In this document: positions 29,213-38,605 of the stretch, piece after piece
Layout of the letters: each line of letters starts with the position of its first letter
Numbering within the stretch: the stretch's first letter is position 1
NCBI GenBank assembly: GCA_015663855.1
Contig: DQRJ01000006.1
Coordinates: 1-55,610, forward strand
DNA from: Flavobacteriales bacterium
Lineage (GTDB): Bacteria > Bacteroidota > Bacteroidia > Flavobacteriales_D > Sanyastnellaceae
Direction of reading: 5' to 3'
Length of the DNA: 55,610 nt
Position numbers and translations under genes: made by a program
Notes under the pieces: model-generated
What the model was told of the DNA's origin: nothing
What the model saw: the letters and a program-made list of their open reading frames with translations, nothing else
Databases searched by the model: none

Positions 29213-31459
29213 TTAAAAAATATTTATCGCTATCCTTAAACTCATACTTCTTCCTGCTTGTGGAATACCTAGATTCTTTATTAAAGACAGGTGAGGTATA
29301 TACTCTTTATTAAACAAATTATTTGCTGCCACGCCTATAGTTACGTGATGAGCAACCGTAGCTCCGAAGCTAAAGTTGGCAACACCATAACCTGGAGACA
29401 CGGACTCTCCCACTGACACACTAATAGCTGAAGCAACTAAATCACTACTTACATTAATGTACACATCTGTTAAACTCTTAAAAACAGGACGCTCGTAGAT
29501 TACTTCTGAATGTAGATTAAGTGGAGGGATTAAAGGGAGGTTCCCATCGACACTTCTGCCTCTAACATAAGACAGTGCGTTTGAGAAGTGTAGACCTGGG
29601 ATTTGGTTTGGTCTAAATGATAGGCCTAATTCGAGTCCGCTTAATTCAGCATCAGTGGAATTGAATTCAAACACCTTATAGTCTTCCACTGTATAGCCGG
29701 TGGGTGACAAGAAAATGTAATCTTGGATAGCGTTGCGATATAGCGAGCAGTCGAAAGCTACGTTTTCAAGCTGTAGCTGATATCCTAAATCCAAACTATT
29801 GCTTCTCTCCTCTTGGAGATCAATATTTCCGATCTCATACCTATAAGCACCATTATGAAGACCGTCTACAACTAGCTCTGAAAGTCCGGGGGCTCTATTT
29901 CCGCGAGAAAAATTCGCCCGAATAGATGACAAATCGCTCAGATCGTAAGTCGCCCCTAGTGAATATGATGGATATGCATAATTTATTGACATATCAATTG
30001 TCGAGATGGTTCTAGTATCATAACGTACCGCCGCTTGAAATACAAGGCCCTTTCTTTCCCAAGTCGAAATAGAATATGCGCTCACTTCATTTACTGAGGC
30101 GTCCGGAATGAAGATATCCTCAGCATCATTTAAATTTGTCGAGATAAAACCCTGTGAGCCGATACGCCAAGTGAACTCGCCTTGAGATTTTAATGCTTGA
30201 GCGTCGAACCTTAGAATCCTGAGACTTAAATCCACCTCCCCCACATTCGTTTCTGTGGTGTCTGAATTACCACTCGTATTATAAAAACCAAGTGGACTAT
30301 CAAATTCTTTCCTGTGGTTTAATTGATAGCCGATAGTAGGCTTTATCAGCCAATCGCCTGAAATAACTGTTGCCGTAGTAGAAAGAAGATGATCTCCTGA
30401 CTGCTGCCATCCATCACCACCCATTAATCCTGAGGTATTGTAAGAAGATGAGTAAACTCCTTCAATTTTCCCCCAGTCCTTTATATAACCCCAAACCCCT
30501 TGAGCAAAAAACTGTTTATATCGAGAGTTTTCTGCTACTAACCCGCTTGGAAGCACATAATCGTTATGATAATTATAACCACCGCTGAAAGCGTGATGAG
30601 CGTGGCGAGAACGTTTTTTTGTTTGGAATGAAGCCTGAAGACCTAAAGTTGAAGAGAAACCTCTCAGAGAAATATTTGTCTCCCTACCTGCGTCAACCAT
30701 AGGGTTTTCAGGAAGGAAGTTTAATACCCCACCAAAGGCGTCAGAACCATAAACCAAAGCGCTAGGGCCTCTAATGATTTCAACTCTATCGATTCCCTGT
30801 TCGGGGAAATAAATCCCGTGTTCTGCTCCCCATGCTTGACTTTCTATTCTAGTGCCTCTGAAGAGCGTCGCAACTCTCAAACCCGACAAGCCCCTAATAA
30901 CAGGCTTTAACACCCCAGCACCCATTGATATCATCTCAACTCCTGGTTCACTTGACAACGCCTCAATTCTAGATGGGGAACTCGACCTATCTAGCGTCTC
31001 GACCTTTATTGTGGCAATTTTCACTAAACAAACACCCTCTGATATATCAGATTGGGTTTCAATTACAACTTCGTTTAGCTCTAGTACATCTTTGTCTAAC
31101 CTAATCTTTAGAGCCGAAGCCGAAATTTTTGACCTAACAAGCTTAGTTCTATATCCAACAGAACTGATTTGGCATATAACGATATACGAAGGACCACAAT
31201 TAACAGGTCCCAGGGTGAACTCTCCAGACTTATTTGTAATAGCACCCAGCTTTAAGATGTGGGAATACACATTAGCTCCAGAAACCGGGATTCCCTCTTG
31301 TGACATAATAGTACCCGATAACGAGTAAGATGATGTTTGGGCTACTAGAGTTAAAGGAGAAAATATGGAAAGGCACATCAAAAATGCCGACACCAATAAT
31401 GAAAACACAGTAATTGCTGAATTTGAATTTTTGCCCTCAGAACACTGTTGTAGATTCAT
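29213..31459 (-). CDS. TonB-dependent receptor with N-terminal carboxypeptidase-regulatory-like domain
   Basis: SLSGTIMSQEGIPVSGANVY (CarbopepD_reg-like), a plug region (IEIIRGPSALVYGSDAFGGVLNF), a long beta-barrel, and a terminal aromatic residue (...AINIF). Confidence 0.85.
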   Translation of the reverse strand: MNLQQCSEGKNSNSAITVFSLLVSAFLMCLSIFSPLTLVAQTSSYSLSGTIMSQEGIPVSGANVYSHILKLGAITNKSGEFTLGPVNCGPSYIVICQISSVGYRTKLVRSKISASALKIRLDKDVLELNEVVIETQSDISEGVCLVKIATIKVETLDRSSSPSRIEALSSEPGVEMISMGAGVLKPVIRGLSGLRVATLFRGTRIESQAWGAEHGIYFPEQGIDRVEIIRGPSALVYGSDAFGGVLNFLPENPMVDAGRETNISLRGFSSTLGLQASFQTKKRSRHAHHAFSGGYNYHNDYVLPSGLVAENSRYKQFFAQGVWGYIKDWGKIEGVYSSSYNTSGLMGGDGWQQSGDHLLSTTATVISGDWLIKPTIGYQLNHRKEFDSPLGFYNTSGNSDTTETNVGEVDLSLRILRFDAQALKSQGEFTWRIGSQGFISTNLNDAEDIFIPDASVNEVSAYSISTWERKGLVFQAAVRYDTRTISTIDMSINYAYPSYSLGATYDLSDLSSIRANFSRGNRAPGLSELVVDGLHNGAYRYEIGNIDLQEERSNSLDLGYQLQLENVAFDCSLYRNAIQDYIFLSPTGYTVEDYKVFEFNSTDAELSGLELGLSFRPNQIPGLHFSNALSYVRGRSVDGNLPLIPPLNLHSEVIYERPVFKSLTDVYINVSSDLVASAISVSVGESVSPGYGVANFSFGATVAHHVTIGVAANNLFNKEYIPHLSLIKNLGIPQAGRSMSLRIAINIF

Positions 31460-31541
31460 AACGCAAAATTATAGAGCGCCAGAGTACTCAAGTCAGATTA
31501 ATGTCAGGTTTTCAACTTAATTAAACTGCTTCACAACAGTA

Positions 31542-31919
31542 TTAATGCTTGTTTAGATGTTGACTCCAAGCAGCTGAAATCCCTAAAATAGCACCAACAG
31601 AAGCAAGCCCACCTAGTATCCAAGCTGGATTATCGTGTGACTGCGCTTGGAAGGCAAACACTCCTAAAACACAAAGTAGACTTACCAAGGGTACAAATTG
31701 TAGCCATGACTGTTTATTTGCGAAACGATTCACAGCTTCAGTCCTCTCATTCCAAACAAGACGACTTAAAGCATCTTGCATGTCCCTTCCGAATGCTGGT
31801 GCTTTATAAACCTCACCATTAGACTCCTGTATTGTAACTTCATAACGAAAATAACCAGAGGTGATTTCACTAGAACCAATCAGCTTACAATCAAGCGCCT
31901 TTCTCGACTTTCTTTTCAT
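31542..31919 (-). CDS. Hypothetical protein with two C-terminal TM helices
   Basis: 125-aa ORF, 82 nt upstream of the TonB-dependent receptor on the same strand. No known motif. Confidence 0.4.
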   Translation of the reverse strand: MKRKSRKALDCKLIGSSEITSGYFRYEVTIQESNGEVYKAPAFGRDMQDALSRLVWNERTEAVNRFANKQSWLQFVPLVSLLCVLGVFAFQAQSHDNPAWILGGLASVGAILGISAAWSQHLNKH

Positions 31920-31952
31920 GGGACAAAGGTATCAGTATATTTACAACCTACA

Positions 31953-32954
31953 ATGAGCAATACTCAAAAAATAACAAAGGGTCTATTGCACCTAATTCCA
32001 TGGGTGATTTTACTAATCGGTCCGTTTTCTAGCGTTTTCTCAGATCCTGAGATTACAACTGCTATTCAGATAAGGGCAGTAATCATTTTCCTCATTTTAA
32101 TTGGGTCATTTTACCTGAATTATTTGGTCCTAATCCCATTATTACTTTTAAAAAGTAAATTCACTGCTTATATAGTTTCTGTATTGTTAATGATGGTCGG
32201 GCTTGGCGCTTTTAATGCAATGTTCAATTGGACTTTAGGAGATTTGGCAATGTTCCGATTCGCTCCCGCTGCGGTAATGATGTTGACTATTTTCGGGGTT
32301 GCAGCAAGGATGACTAATCGATGGATGAGTCAGTCGGCAGCTAACAAGGAGATCGTTTTAGAGAAATTGAATACTGAGCTTGCTTTTCTTAAAAACCAAA
32401 TAAGTCCTCATTTTCTCTTTAACACTTTGAATAACATTTACTCCCTGACAGAAACAAATCCTGAGAAAGCGAGAGAGGTAACACACGGGTTGTCGAAGTT
32501 ATTGCGTTACTTACTTTATGAAAGTGAGAAGCACAAGATGGTGACGCTAGGACGAGAGGTGGCGTTCTTGAATACCTATATAGAGTTAATGAAGATTCGG
32601 TTGCCCGAAAATGTAGAGGTTAATTTCGATCACGGGTCCGAGCTCGATAACACCGAGCTCCCACCTTTGCTATTCATTCCTTTTGTAGAAAATGCATTTA
32701 AGCACGGGATTAGTTTACAAGAGGATTGTACCGTTAAAATTTCTTTGCAAAGAGTGGGGGGAAATATCGAGTTTTCGGTAATTAATTTGATCCCTGCACA
32801 TAAAGAGTCGGACGGGGTAAGTGGCGGTTTGGGATTAATAAATATTAAACGACGTCTAGAACTTCTTTTCGGAAATGATGGATATGAACTTAATATTCAC
32901 GAAAACGAACTTGCTTACGACGTGCAACTAAAAATCCCCGCCCGTGTCAATTAG
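31953..32954 (+). CDS. LytS/YehU-type sensor histidine kinase
   Basis: Multi-TM N-terminus, then FLKNQISPHFLFNTLNNIYSL (His_kinase/PF06580-type H-box) and an HATPase region (FVENAFKHG, GGLGLINIKRRLE). The start is moved to MSNTQK at 31953. Confidence 0.8.
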   Translation: MSNTQKITKGLLHLIPWVILLIGPFSSVFSDPEITTAIQIRAVIIFLILIGSFYLNYLVLIPLLLLKSKFTAYIVSVLLMMVGLGAFNAMFNWTLGDLAMFRFAPAAVMMLTIFGVAARMTNRWMSQSAANKEIVLEKLNTELAFLKNQISPHFLFNTLNNIYSLTETNPEKAREVTHGLSKLLRYLLYESEKHKMVTLGREVAFLNTYIELMKIRLPENVEVNFDHGSELDNTELPPLLFIPFVENAFKHGISLQEDCTVKISLQRVGGNIEFSVINLIPAHKESDGVSGGLGLINIKRRLELLFGNDGYELNIHENELAYDVQLKIPARVN

Positions 32955-33663
32955 ATGCATAGCCGTAGATGACGAGCCGCCAGCACTTCAGCTCATCAAG
33001 GGATACATAGAACGAACCCCTTTCCTAGAACTAGTGGGCGTATTTCACGACCCTCTCAAAGCTATTGCCGCCGTTAAGGAGCACGACATCAAGCTCATAT
33101 TTCTAGACATCCATATGCCGGGACTCACTGGGATGCAAGTCTCCCGCCTGCTACCCGAATCGTGCAAAGTGATTTTCGCAACGGCTTACGAAGATTACGC
33201 CCTCGAGAGCTACAGAGTGGCTGCGTTAGATTACTTAGTAAAACCATATAATTTCGAGGAATTCTCCTTGGCAGCAAAAAAAGCTAAAGACTATTTCGGT
33301 TTGGAGTTTAAAGGAGATAAACCTCATGCTTCGGGAAGAGCAAACTCCGAAAAAAACGAATTTATCTTCCTCAAAGCCGACTACAAACTTCACAAGGTCT
33401 ATTTCTCAAAAATCCTTTATATCGAGAACATCAAGGATTATGTGCGTATTTTCTTTGAGGATGGAAGTAAACTAATGGTTCTAATGAGTTTAAAGTCACT
33501 CGAAGACATGTTACCCGAAGGATTTATGAAAGTCCACCGATCCTTCATCGTCAGATTAGAAACAGTGGAAGTTGTTGAGAGGGGCCGGATAGTTTACGGA
33601 GGTGTTTACGTACCTGTTTCCGACAGATATAAAGAGGAATTCCAACAGTTTTTACTTAGCTAG
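32944..33663 (+). CDS. LytTR-family response regulator
   Basis: Receiver domain (IAVDDEP...FLDIHMPGLTG...VKP) and a C-terminal LytTR DNA-binding domain (KVHRSFIV). It has a GTG start overlapping the kinase stop. Confidence 0.85.
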   Translation: MSIRCIAVDDEPPALQLIKGYIERTPFLELVGVFHDPLKAIAAVKEHDIKLIFLDIHMPGLTGMQVSRLLPESCKVIFATAYEDYALESYRVAALDYLVKPYNFEEFSLAAKKAKDYFGLEFKGDKPHASGRANSEKNEFIFLKADYKLHKVYFSKILYIENIKDYVRIFFEDGSKLMVLMSLKSLEDMLPEGFMKVHRSFIVRLETVEVVERGRIVYGGVYVPVSDRYKEEFQQFLLS

Positions 33664-33738
33664 GCCTAAACGTCGAGGAAAACCCCCCAAACGTAGATTC
33701 TTTTTTTTTCTCCTTTAACAATTGAGTTACTTCGAATT

Positions 33739-33990
33739 ATGAAACTCAATAGTAACGTAGCGGTCAGTGATTCTGGGTTCGTTTTTAACCCGGCCACAGG
33801 GAATTCTTACTCGGTAAATCCCGTAGGAGCACATATCATAAAACTTATTCAAGAGGATCTTACCGATTCTGAAATCGGGAAAAAGATTGCAGAGGAGTAC
33901 ATTATTGATGCAGCATCTGTAGAAATCGATTTATACGACTTCAAGCAACTGCTTGAAACGTATAAACTTTTGGCCCCAGTAGAGAAGTAA
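33739..33990 (+). CDS. PqqD-like small protein (peptide-chaperone / RRE-type fold)
   Basis: 83 aa. The pattern VFNPATGNSYSVNPVGAHIIKLIQEDLTDSEIGKKIAEEY..DAASVEIDLYDFKQLLETYKLL matches the PqqD winged-helix family (binding strand, helix, ...D...F...L....L). Confidence 0.6.
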   Translation: MKLNSNVAVSDSGFVFNPATGNSYSVNPVGAHIIKLIQEDLTDSEIGKKIAEEYIIDAASVEIDLYDFKQLLETYKLLAPVEK

Positions 33991-34002
33991 ATTATCTGAA
34001 AC

Positions 34003-35055
34003 ATGTCTACAAAACCCACCTACACAATTGCCGTAACAGGCCTTAATGCTATCGATAGCCCAGGATCTGGGCTCGCTGTCATAAAGGGTCTGCGAGAAGC
34101 AGAGGGTTTTGATGTACGGATTATCGGATTCGCATACGAGAGCATGGAACCAGGTGTGTACATGCATCACCTCGTTGACAAGAGCTACCAAGTGCCCTAC
34201 CCTAATGCTGGGCAAGACGTTTTATATGAGAGAATTAGCTACATTAATTCTGTGGAGTCCCTCGACATTATCATTCCTAATTACGATGCCGAGCTTTTCA
34301 ACTACATACGCATTCAACAGAAGTTGAAGACTGAGCTTGATATTAGCATGGTTCTTCCTACAGAGGATCAGTTTGAGGAACGCCAAAAAAGTAATTTATC
34401 CGATTTCGGCGAAAAACACGGTATTCAAGTTCCATCAGCGGAGATGGCTTTCTCTATGGAAGAAGCTAAGGAGATAGCAAGTGATTTGGGCTTCCCTGTG
34501 GTCGTAAAGGGTAAGTTCTACGATGCGAAAATCGCTTACACCCCTACACAAGTATCACAATACTTCTCGCAAATTGCTGCAGAATGGGGCATGCCGATTA
34601 TCATTCAGGAATTCATCAACGGACATGAAGTGAATGTTTGCGGGATAGGAAACGGAAAAGGCGACACTCTGGGAGCTGTACCTATGAAGAAGATTTATGT
34701 GACTGACAAAGGAAAGGCATGGTCTGGAGTGACTCTTGAGGACAATGAACTACTCGAAATTTGTGAGGATGCTGTCGCTTCTACAAAGTGGAATGGTCCC
34801 TTTGAGTTCGAGTTTATGAAGACCTCGGAGGACAAATACTACCTACTTGAAATCAACCCCCGCTTCCCGGCTTGGTGTTATCTAGCTGTAGGTGCAGGCC
34901 AAAACCAAACAGCTACTCTCATCGAACTCGCTACAGGGATAAAAGCGGAAAAGCTACCCGCTTATGTTGTGGGTAAGATGTTTATTCGTCATTCAGACGA
35001 TATGGTAATTGATATGAAAGAATTTGAAACTATTTCGACAACAGGAGAATTATGA
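34003..35055 (+). CDS. ATP-grasp family ligase
   Basis: Pre-ATP-grasp N-terminal domain, FPVVVKGKFYDA, IIIQEFINGHEVNV and YLLEINPRFPAW (the Mg/ATP-binding E-x-N signature of ATP-grasp enzymes). Confidence 0.8.
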   Translation: MSTKPTYTIAVTGLNAIDSPGSGLAVIKGLREAEGFDVRIIGFAYESMEPGVYMHHLVDKSYQVPYPNAGQDVLYERISYINSVESLDIIIPNYDAELFNYIRIQQKLKTELDISMVLPTEDQFEERQKSNLSDFGEKHGIQVPSAEMAFSMEEAKEIASDLGFPVVVKGKFYDAKIAYTPTQVSQYFSQIAAEWGMPIIIQEFINGHEVNVCGIGNGKGDTLGAVPMKKIYVTDKGKAWSGVTLEDNELLEICEDAVASTKWNGPFEFEFMKTSEDKYYLLEINPRFPAWCYLAVGAGQNQTATLIELATGIKAEKLPAYVVGKMFIRHSDDMVIDMKEFETISTTGEL

Positions 35056-36413
35056 GTGATAAGAAAACATATGAACGTCCAGTAATTGTTCCGTTGAATA
35101 CTGGGCTTATGAATAAGTTCGGAACTAGAACTGAATATCAACCCGTTATTGATATTGATGGTAATCCCGTTAAGGATCTTCTCGCTAAGTACGGTTCTCC
35201 CCTATTCGTCTTGTCTGAAAGGAAGATTCGCGAGAACGTTCAATCTGCAAAGCGAATTTTCGAGACTCGTTACCCGAAAGTTCAGTTCGCTTGGTCTTAC
35301 AAGACGAACTATATAAATGCGGTATGTAACGTTTTCCACCAAGAGGGGGCTTGGGGAGAAGTGGTATCTCGTTTCGAGTACGACAAAGCAATCAAGAACG
35401 GCGTTCCTGCAGATAAGATCCTTTTCAACGGTCCCGATAAAAGCCGTGAAGATCTCGAGCTCGCAGTAAAAGGTAACTCACCTATTCATATCGACCATCT
35501 CGATGAACTTTACCTACTTACCGAGATCGCTACCGAGCAAAACGTGAAACCTCGAGTTGCCATTCGTGTAAACATGGATACCGGGATTTACCCGATGTGG
35601 GATAGGTTTGGATTTAACTATGAAAATGGCCAAGCCTGGAACGCCATTAATAAGATCATCGCAACGGACAAACTCAACCTAATCGGACTCCACTGTCACA
35701 TCGGTACTTTCATGCTTTCCGCCGAAGCTTACGGGGTGGCGGCATCTAAATTAGCTGAGCTTGCGATTAGCATTAAGAAGCATCACGGAAAAAGCATCAC
35801 CTATATCGATTTAGGGGGTGGATTTGCATCTACGAACACTTTAAAAGGATCGTACGGCATAGGCGCAGACGCGATTCCGTCTATGAGTCAGTATGCCGAA
35901 TCGATTACTACAGCGCTTCTAAATGCCGGTTTCGATAACGACGATTTACCTTGGCTATATCTCGAGACTGGACGAGCTTTAATTGACGATGCCGGATTCC
36001 TATTAGGAACTGTTCTTTCGAACAAGCGTCTAAGTGACGGACGAAGAGCTACGATTCTAGATTTCGGGCTCAACCTCATGTTTACTTCGTTCTGGTACGA
36101 TCATAAAATTTCGCCAGCTCAACCTTTCGGCTCTCATACTGAGGATTGCGTCTTATACGGCCCGCTCTGTATGAACATAGACATAGTTCGTCAGCACATC
36201 ACATTACCGCCCTTAAATCCTGGCGACCACGTAGTGGCTCACCATATGGGTGCTTACAACATAACTCAGAGTATGCAATTCATCTCTTTAAGACCTGCAA
36301 TTGTGATGATAGACATGGACGGAAAGCCGCACATTATTCGTAAGAAAGAGATGTTAAGTACACTCGAGAAAGACGAAGTGATGCCTGAATACTTAGACAC
36401 ATTTAATCTATAG
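35052..36413 (+). CDS. PLP-dependent decarboxylase, Orn/DAP/Arg (group IV, alanine-racemase-fold) family
   Basis: FAWSYKTNY (PLP-lysine region), GLHCHIGT, IDLGGGF, LETGRALI, YGPLCMNID (active-site Cys) and MGAYN. The start has an ATGA overlap with the ATP-grasp stop. Confidence 0.8.
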   Translation: MSDKKTYERPVIVPLNTGLMNKFGTRTEYQPVIDIDGNPVKDLLAKYGSPLFVLSERKIRENVQSAKRIFETRYPKVQFAWSYKTNYINAVCNVFHQEGAWGEVVSRFEYDKAIKNGVPADKILFNGPDKSREDLELAVKGNSPIHIDHLDELYLLTEIATEQNVKPRVAIRVNMDTGIYPMWDRFGFNYENGQAWNAINKIIATDKLNLIGLHCHIGTFMLSAEAYGVAASKLAELAISIKKHHGKSITYIDLGGGFASTNTLKGSYGIGADAIPSMSQYAESITTALLNAGFDNDDLPWLYLETGRALIDDAGFLLGTVLSNKRLSDGRRATILDFGLNLMFTSFWYDHKISPAQPFGSHTEDCVLYGPLCMNIDIVRQHITLPPLNPGDHVVAHHMGAYNITQSMQFISLRPAIVMIDMDGKPHIIRKKEMLSTLEKDEVMPEYLDTFNL

Positions 36414-36421
36414 TCCCGGCT

Positions 36422-38605
36422 TTGCTTAAGCAAACAAAACACATATTAACACTCTCGTTTTGCGGGCTTACTGCTAGCTACGCTCAGGTATTCTTCTCGA
36501 ATAGCCGGGCGTTTGGCGCGCTATTAATGCTCGTGACTTTCGCTGATGTCGGTGTGGGACTATCTGGTATAGGGGCTGTTTTGCTTGTCCAATTAACTGC
36601 TCTATTATTCAACTTCAACGAGCAGTTGATAAAGGACGGGGCGTACACCTATAACGCACTAATGGTGGGGCTCGCGCTTGGTGGAATCTACGAACTCAAC
36701 TTATCGCTAGCCCTTGTCTTAACGTCGGTTTCTATACTCACGTTCTTTATCACGCTTTGGTTTATGAACGTTCTAGGAGCGAAGGCGCTACCTTATCTGA
36801 GCATTCCGTTCTTACTTGGGGTTTGGGTTATACTATTAGGAGCAGGTAATTTCACTGCGCTTGAATTGCACGATAAAGGTGTATTCTCAATGTCAGAATG
36901 GTGGCCCGGACTTTATTCCGGAACCACCGAGTTTATAGGGACCCTTCCCTTCCATAACGCGATATTTCTGTACCTCAGATCTCTTGGGGCAATATTATTC
37001 CAATACAGCGATGTAGCTGGAATCATAATCTCTATAGGACTTATTCTTCATTCACGTATATCATTCGTACTCAGTATATTCGGGTTCACTATCGGATATC
37101 TGTTTTACCATTATATGGAGGGTGACTTTTCGCAGTTAATCTACTCATACATAGGATTTAACTTCATTTTAACCGCTATAGCACTGGGAGGATTTTTCGT
37201 AGTGCCTTCGCGCCGTTCTTTCGCGCAGCTCATCTTTACTATTCCTTTAATAACGCTATTAATATCCGCACTTCACTCGCTATTCAGCATTTTCGAGCTA
37301 CCACTTTATTCCTTACCGTTTAACATAGTCGTACTCCTCTTCCTCTCCGCTATGTATTTGAGGTCCAAATCTTCCGGCCTCAACCTGGTAACCATTCAAC
37401 AATTCTCCCCCGAAAAACACCACTACAGTTACACTGATAATCTCGAGCGTTTCAGACGAGATACTTATGTGCATATAGCTCTCCCTATTATAGGTGAGTG
37501 GAATGTTTCTCAAGGATACGATGGAGATATTACACATCGAGGTGAATGGAAGCACGCATTGGATTTCGATGTCAGAGACATAGACGGGAGCACCTACCAA
37601 ATGCCTGGCGGCAAGAAAGAAGATTTTTTCTGTTTTGACCTACCTGTTATAGCTCCAGCAGACGGTAAGGTGGTGAAAGTGGAAAAGGGGATTCACGATA
37701 ACGAGGTAGGAAATGTCAATCTGGAGGACAATTGGGGGAATGCGGTGGTAATTAAACACGGCGACCATCTGTACAGTAAATTTTCGCATCTCAAGAAAAA
37801 CACTCTCAAGCTAGAGGTGGGTGATACTGTGAAGAAAGGTGAAGTTATTGCCAAATGTGGCAGTTCTGGCCGATCGCCTGAACCGCATTTGCACTTCCAA
37901 CTTCAATCCACTCCCTATATCGGTTCGAAGACACTTTATCACCCTATTAGTTATTTCGTAAGTAAGAAAAACGGGAAAAACACATTCCATGCTTTCGAAA
38001 TTCCGAAAGAGGGCGAGACCGTGTGTAACATGAAAACTTCGAAAGCTCTTACAAAGGCATTCAGTTTCATTCCAGGCAAGAAATTCAACATCGAAAGCAC
38101 CGAAAACGACAAGACAGAAACTTGGGAAGTTCTCAGTTCTTACACAAACGAAACCTATATCTGGTGTCCCACTTCAGGTTCGACAGCTTGGTTTAAGAAT
38201 AACAACAACGTATTCTACTTCACAGCTTTTAAGGGCAACAAAAATTCTTCGCTCTACAAATTCTTCCTCGGAGCGTACAAAGTTCCTCTAGGATATTATG
38301 AAGAAATGGCACTAAAAGACAATATGAATATCATGTCGGTAGTAAATCCCTTCATAAGATTTATCCACGACTTTACAGCGCCCTTCTTCCATTACATCAA
38401 AGCACGTTATTCATTCCGTTTCACAGAAACAGATAACGAGCACGATCCATACATTATTCAGTTTGAGTCACAAATAACTGAAAGCGTGTTTGGTCTAAAA
38501 CGCGCGACTTCAAAATTCCACATAAAACTGTGGGACAATAAAATAGCACTTACATTTGCAACGAAAAATAAAAAGCACACAATAACATGCGTACCAATTT
38601 CTTAA
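36422..38605 (+). CDS. Fusion protein: urea-transporter (UT)-like ~10-TM channel domain, M23 metallopeptidase domain, and an unknown ~220-aa C-terminal domain
   Basis: N-terminal SYAQVFFSNSRAFGALLML and YTYNALMVGLALGG resemble UT-family signatures. The central part GNAVVIKHGDHLYSKFSHLKKN...GEVIAKCGSSGRSPEPHLHFQL is an M23 (LytM-type) core with HxH. It has a TTG start 8 nt after the decarboxylase stop. Confidence 0.7.
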   Translation: MLKQTKHILTLSFCGLTASYAQVFFSNSRAFGALLMLVTFADVGVGLSGIGAVLLVQLTALLFNFNEQLIKDGAYTYNALMVGLALGGIYELNLSLALVLTSVSILTFFITLWFMNVLGAKALPYLSIPFLLGVWVILLGAGNFTALELHDKGVFSMSEWWPGLYSGTTEFIGTLPFHNAIFLYLRSLGAILFQYSDVAGIIISIGLILHSRISFVLSIFGFTIGYLFYHYMEGDFSQLIYSYIGFNFILTAIALGGFFVVPSRRSFAQLIFTIPLITLLISALHSLFSIFELPLYSLPFNIVVLLFLSAMYLRSKSSGLNLVTIQQFSPEKHHYSYTDNLERFRRDTYVHIALPIIGEWNVSQGYDGDITHRGEWKHALDFDVRDIDGSTYQMPGGKKEDFFCFDLPVIAPADGKVVKVEKGIHDNEVGNVNLEDNWGNAVVIKHGDHLYSKFSHLKKNTLKLEVGDTVKKGEVIAKCGSSGRSPEPHLHFQLQSTPYIGSKTLYHPISYFVSKKNGKNTFHAFEIPKEGETVCNMKTSKALTKAFSFIPGKKFNIESTENDKTETWEVLSSYTNETYIWCPTSGSTAWFKNNNNVFYFTAFKGNKNSSLYKFFLGAYKVPLGYYEEMALKDNMNIMSVVNPFIRFIHDFTAPFFHYIKARYSFRFTETDNEHDPYIIQFESQITESVFGLKRATSKFHIKLWDNKIALTFATKNKKHTITCVPIS

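Noticed and set aside
30852-31328. 158-aa plus-strand ORF
   Set aside because: It is antisense to the TonB-dependent receptor N-terminal and plug region.
31776-31952. 59-codon N-terminal extension of the histidine kinase ORF. There are similar extensions at rpmG (15303-15353), guaA (21604-21624), the Cys/Lys-rich gene (48229-48309) and the 449-aa ORF (20036-20059).
   Set aside because: The extensions overlap the neighbouring gene or promoter region and add non-homologous residues ahead of well-conserved native N-termini or signal peptides.
33739-36413. Idea that PqqD-like plus ATP-grasp equals a graspetide/microviridin-type or lasso-type RiPP cluster
   Set aside because: No precursor peptide ORF, no lasso cyclase or B2 protease, and no radical-SAM enzyme is visible. 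The presence of a group IV decarboxylase fits none of those templates. I kept it only as one hypothesis in the operon finding.
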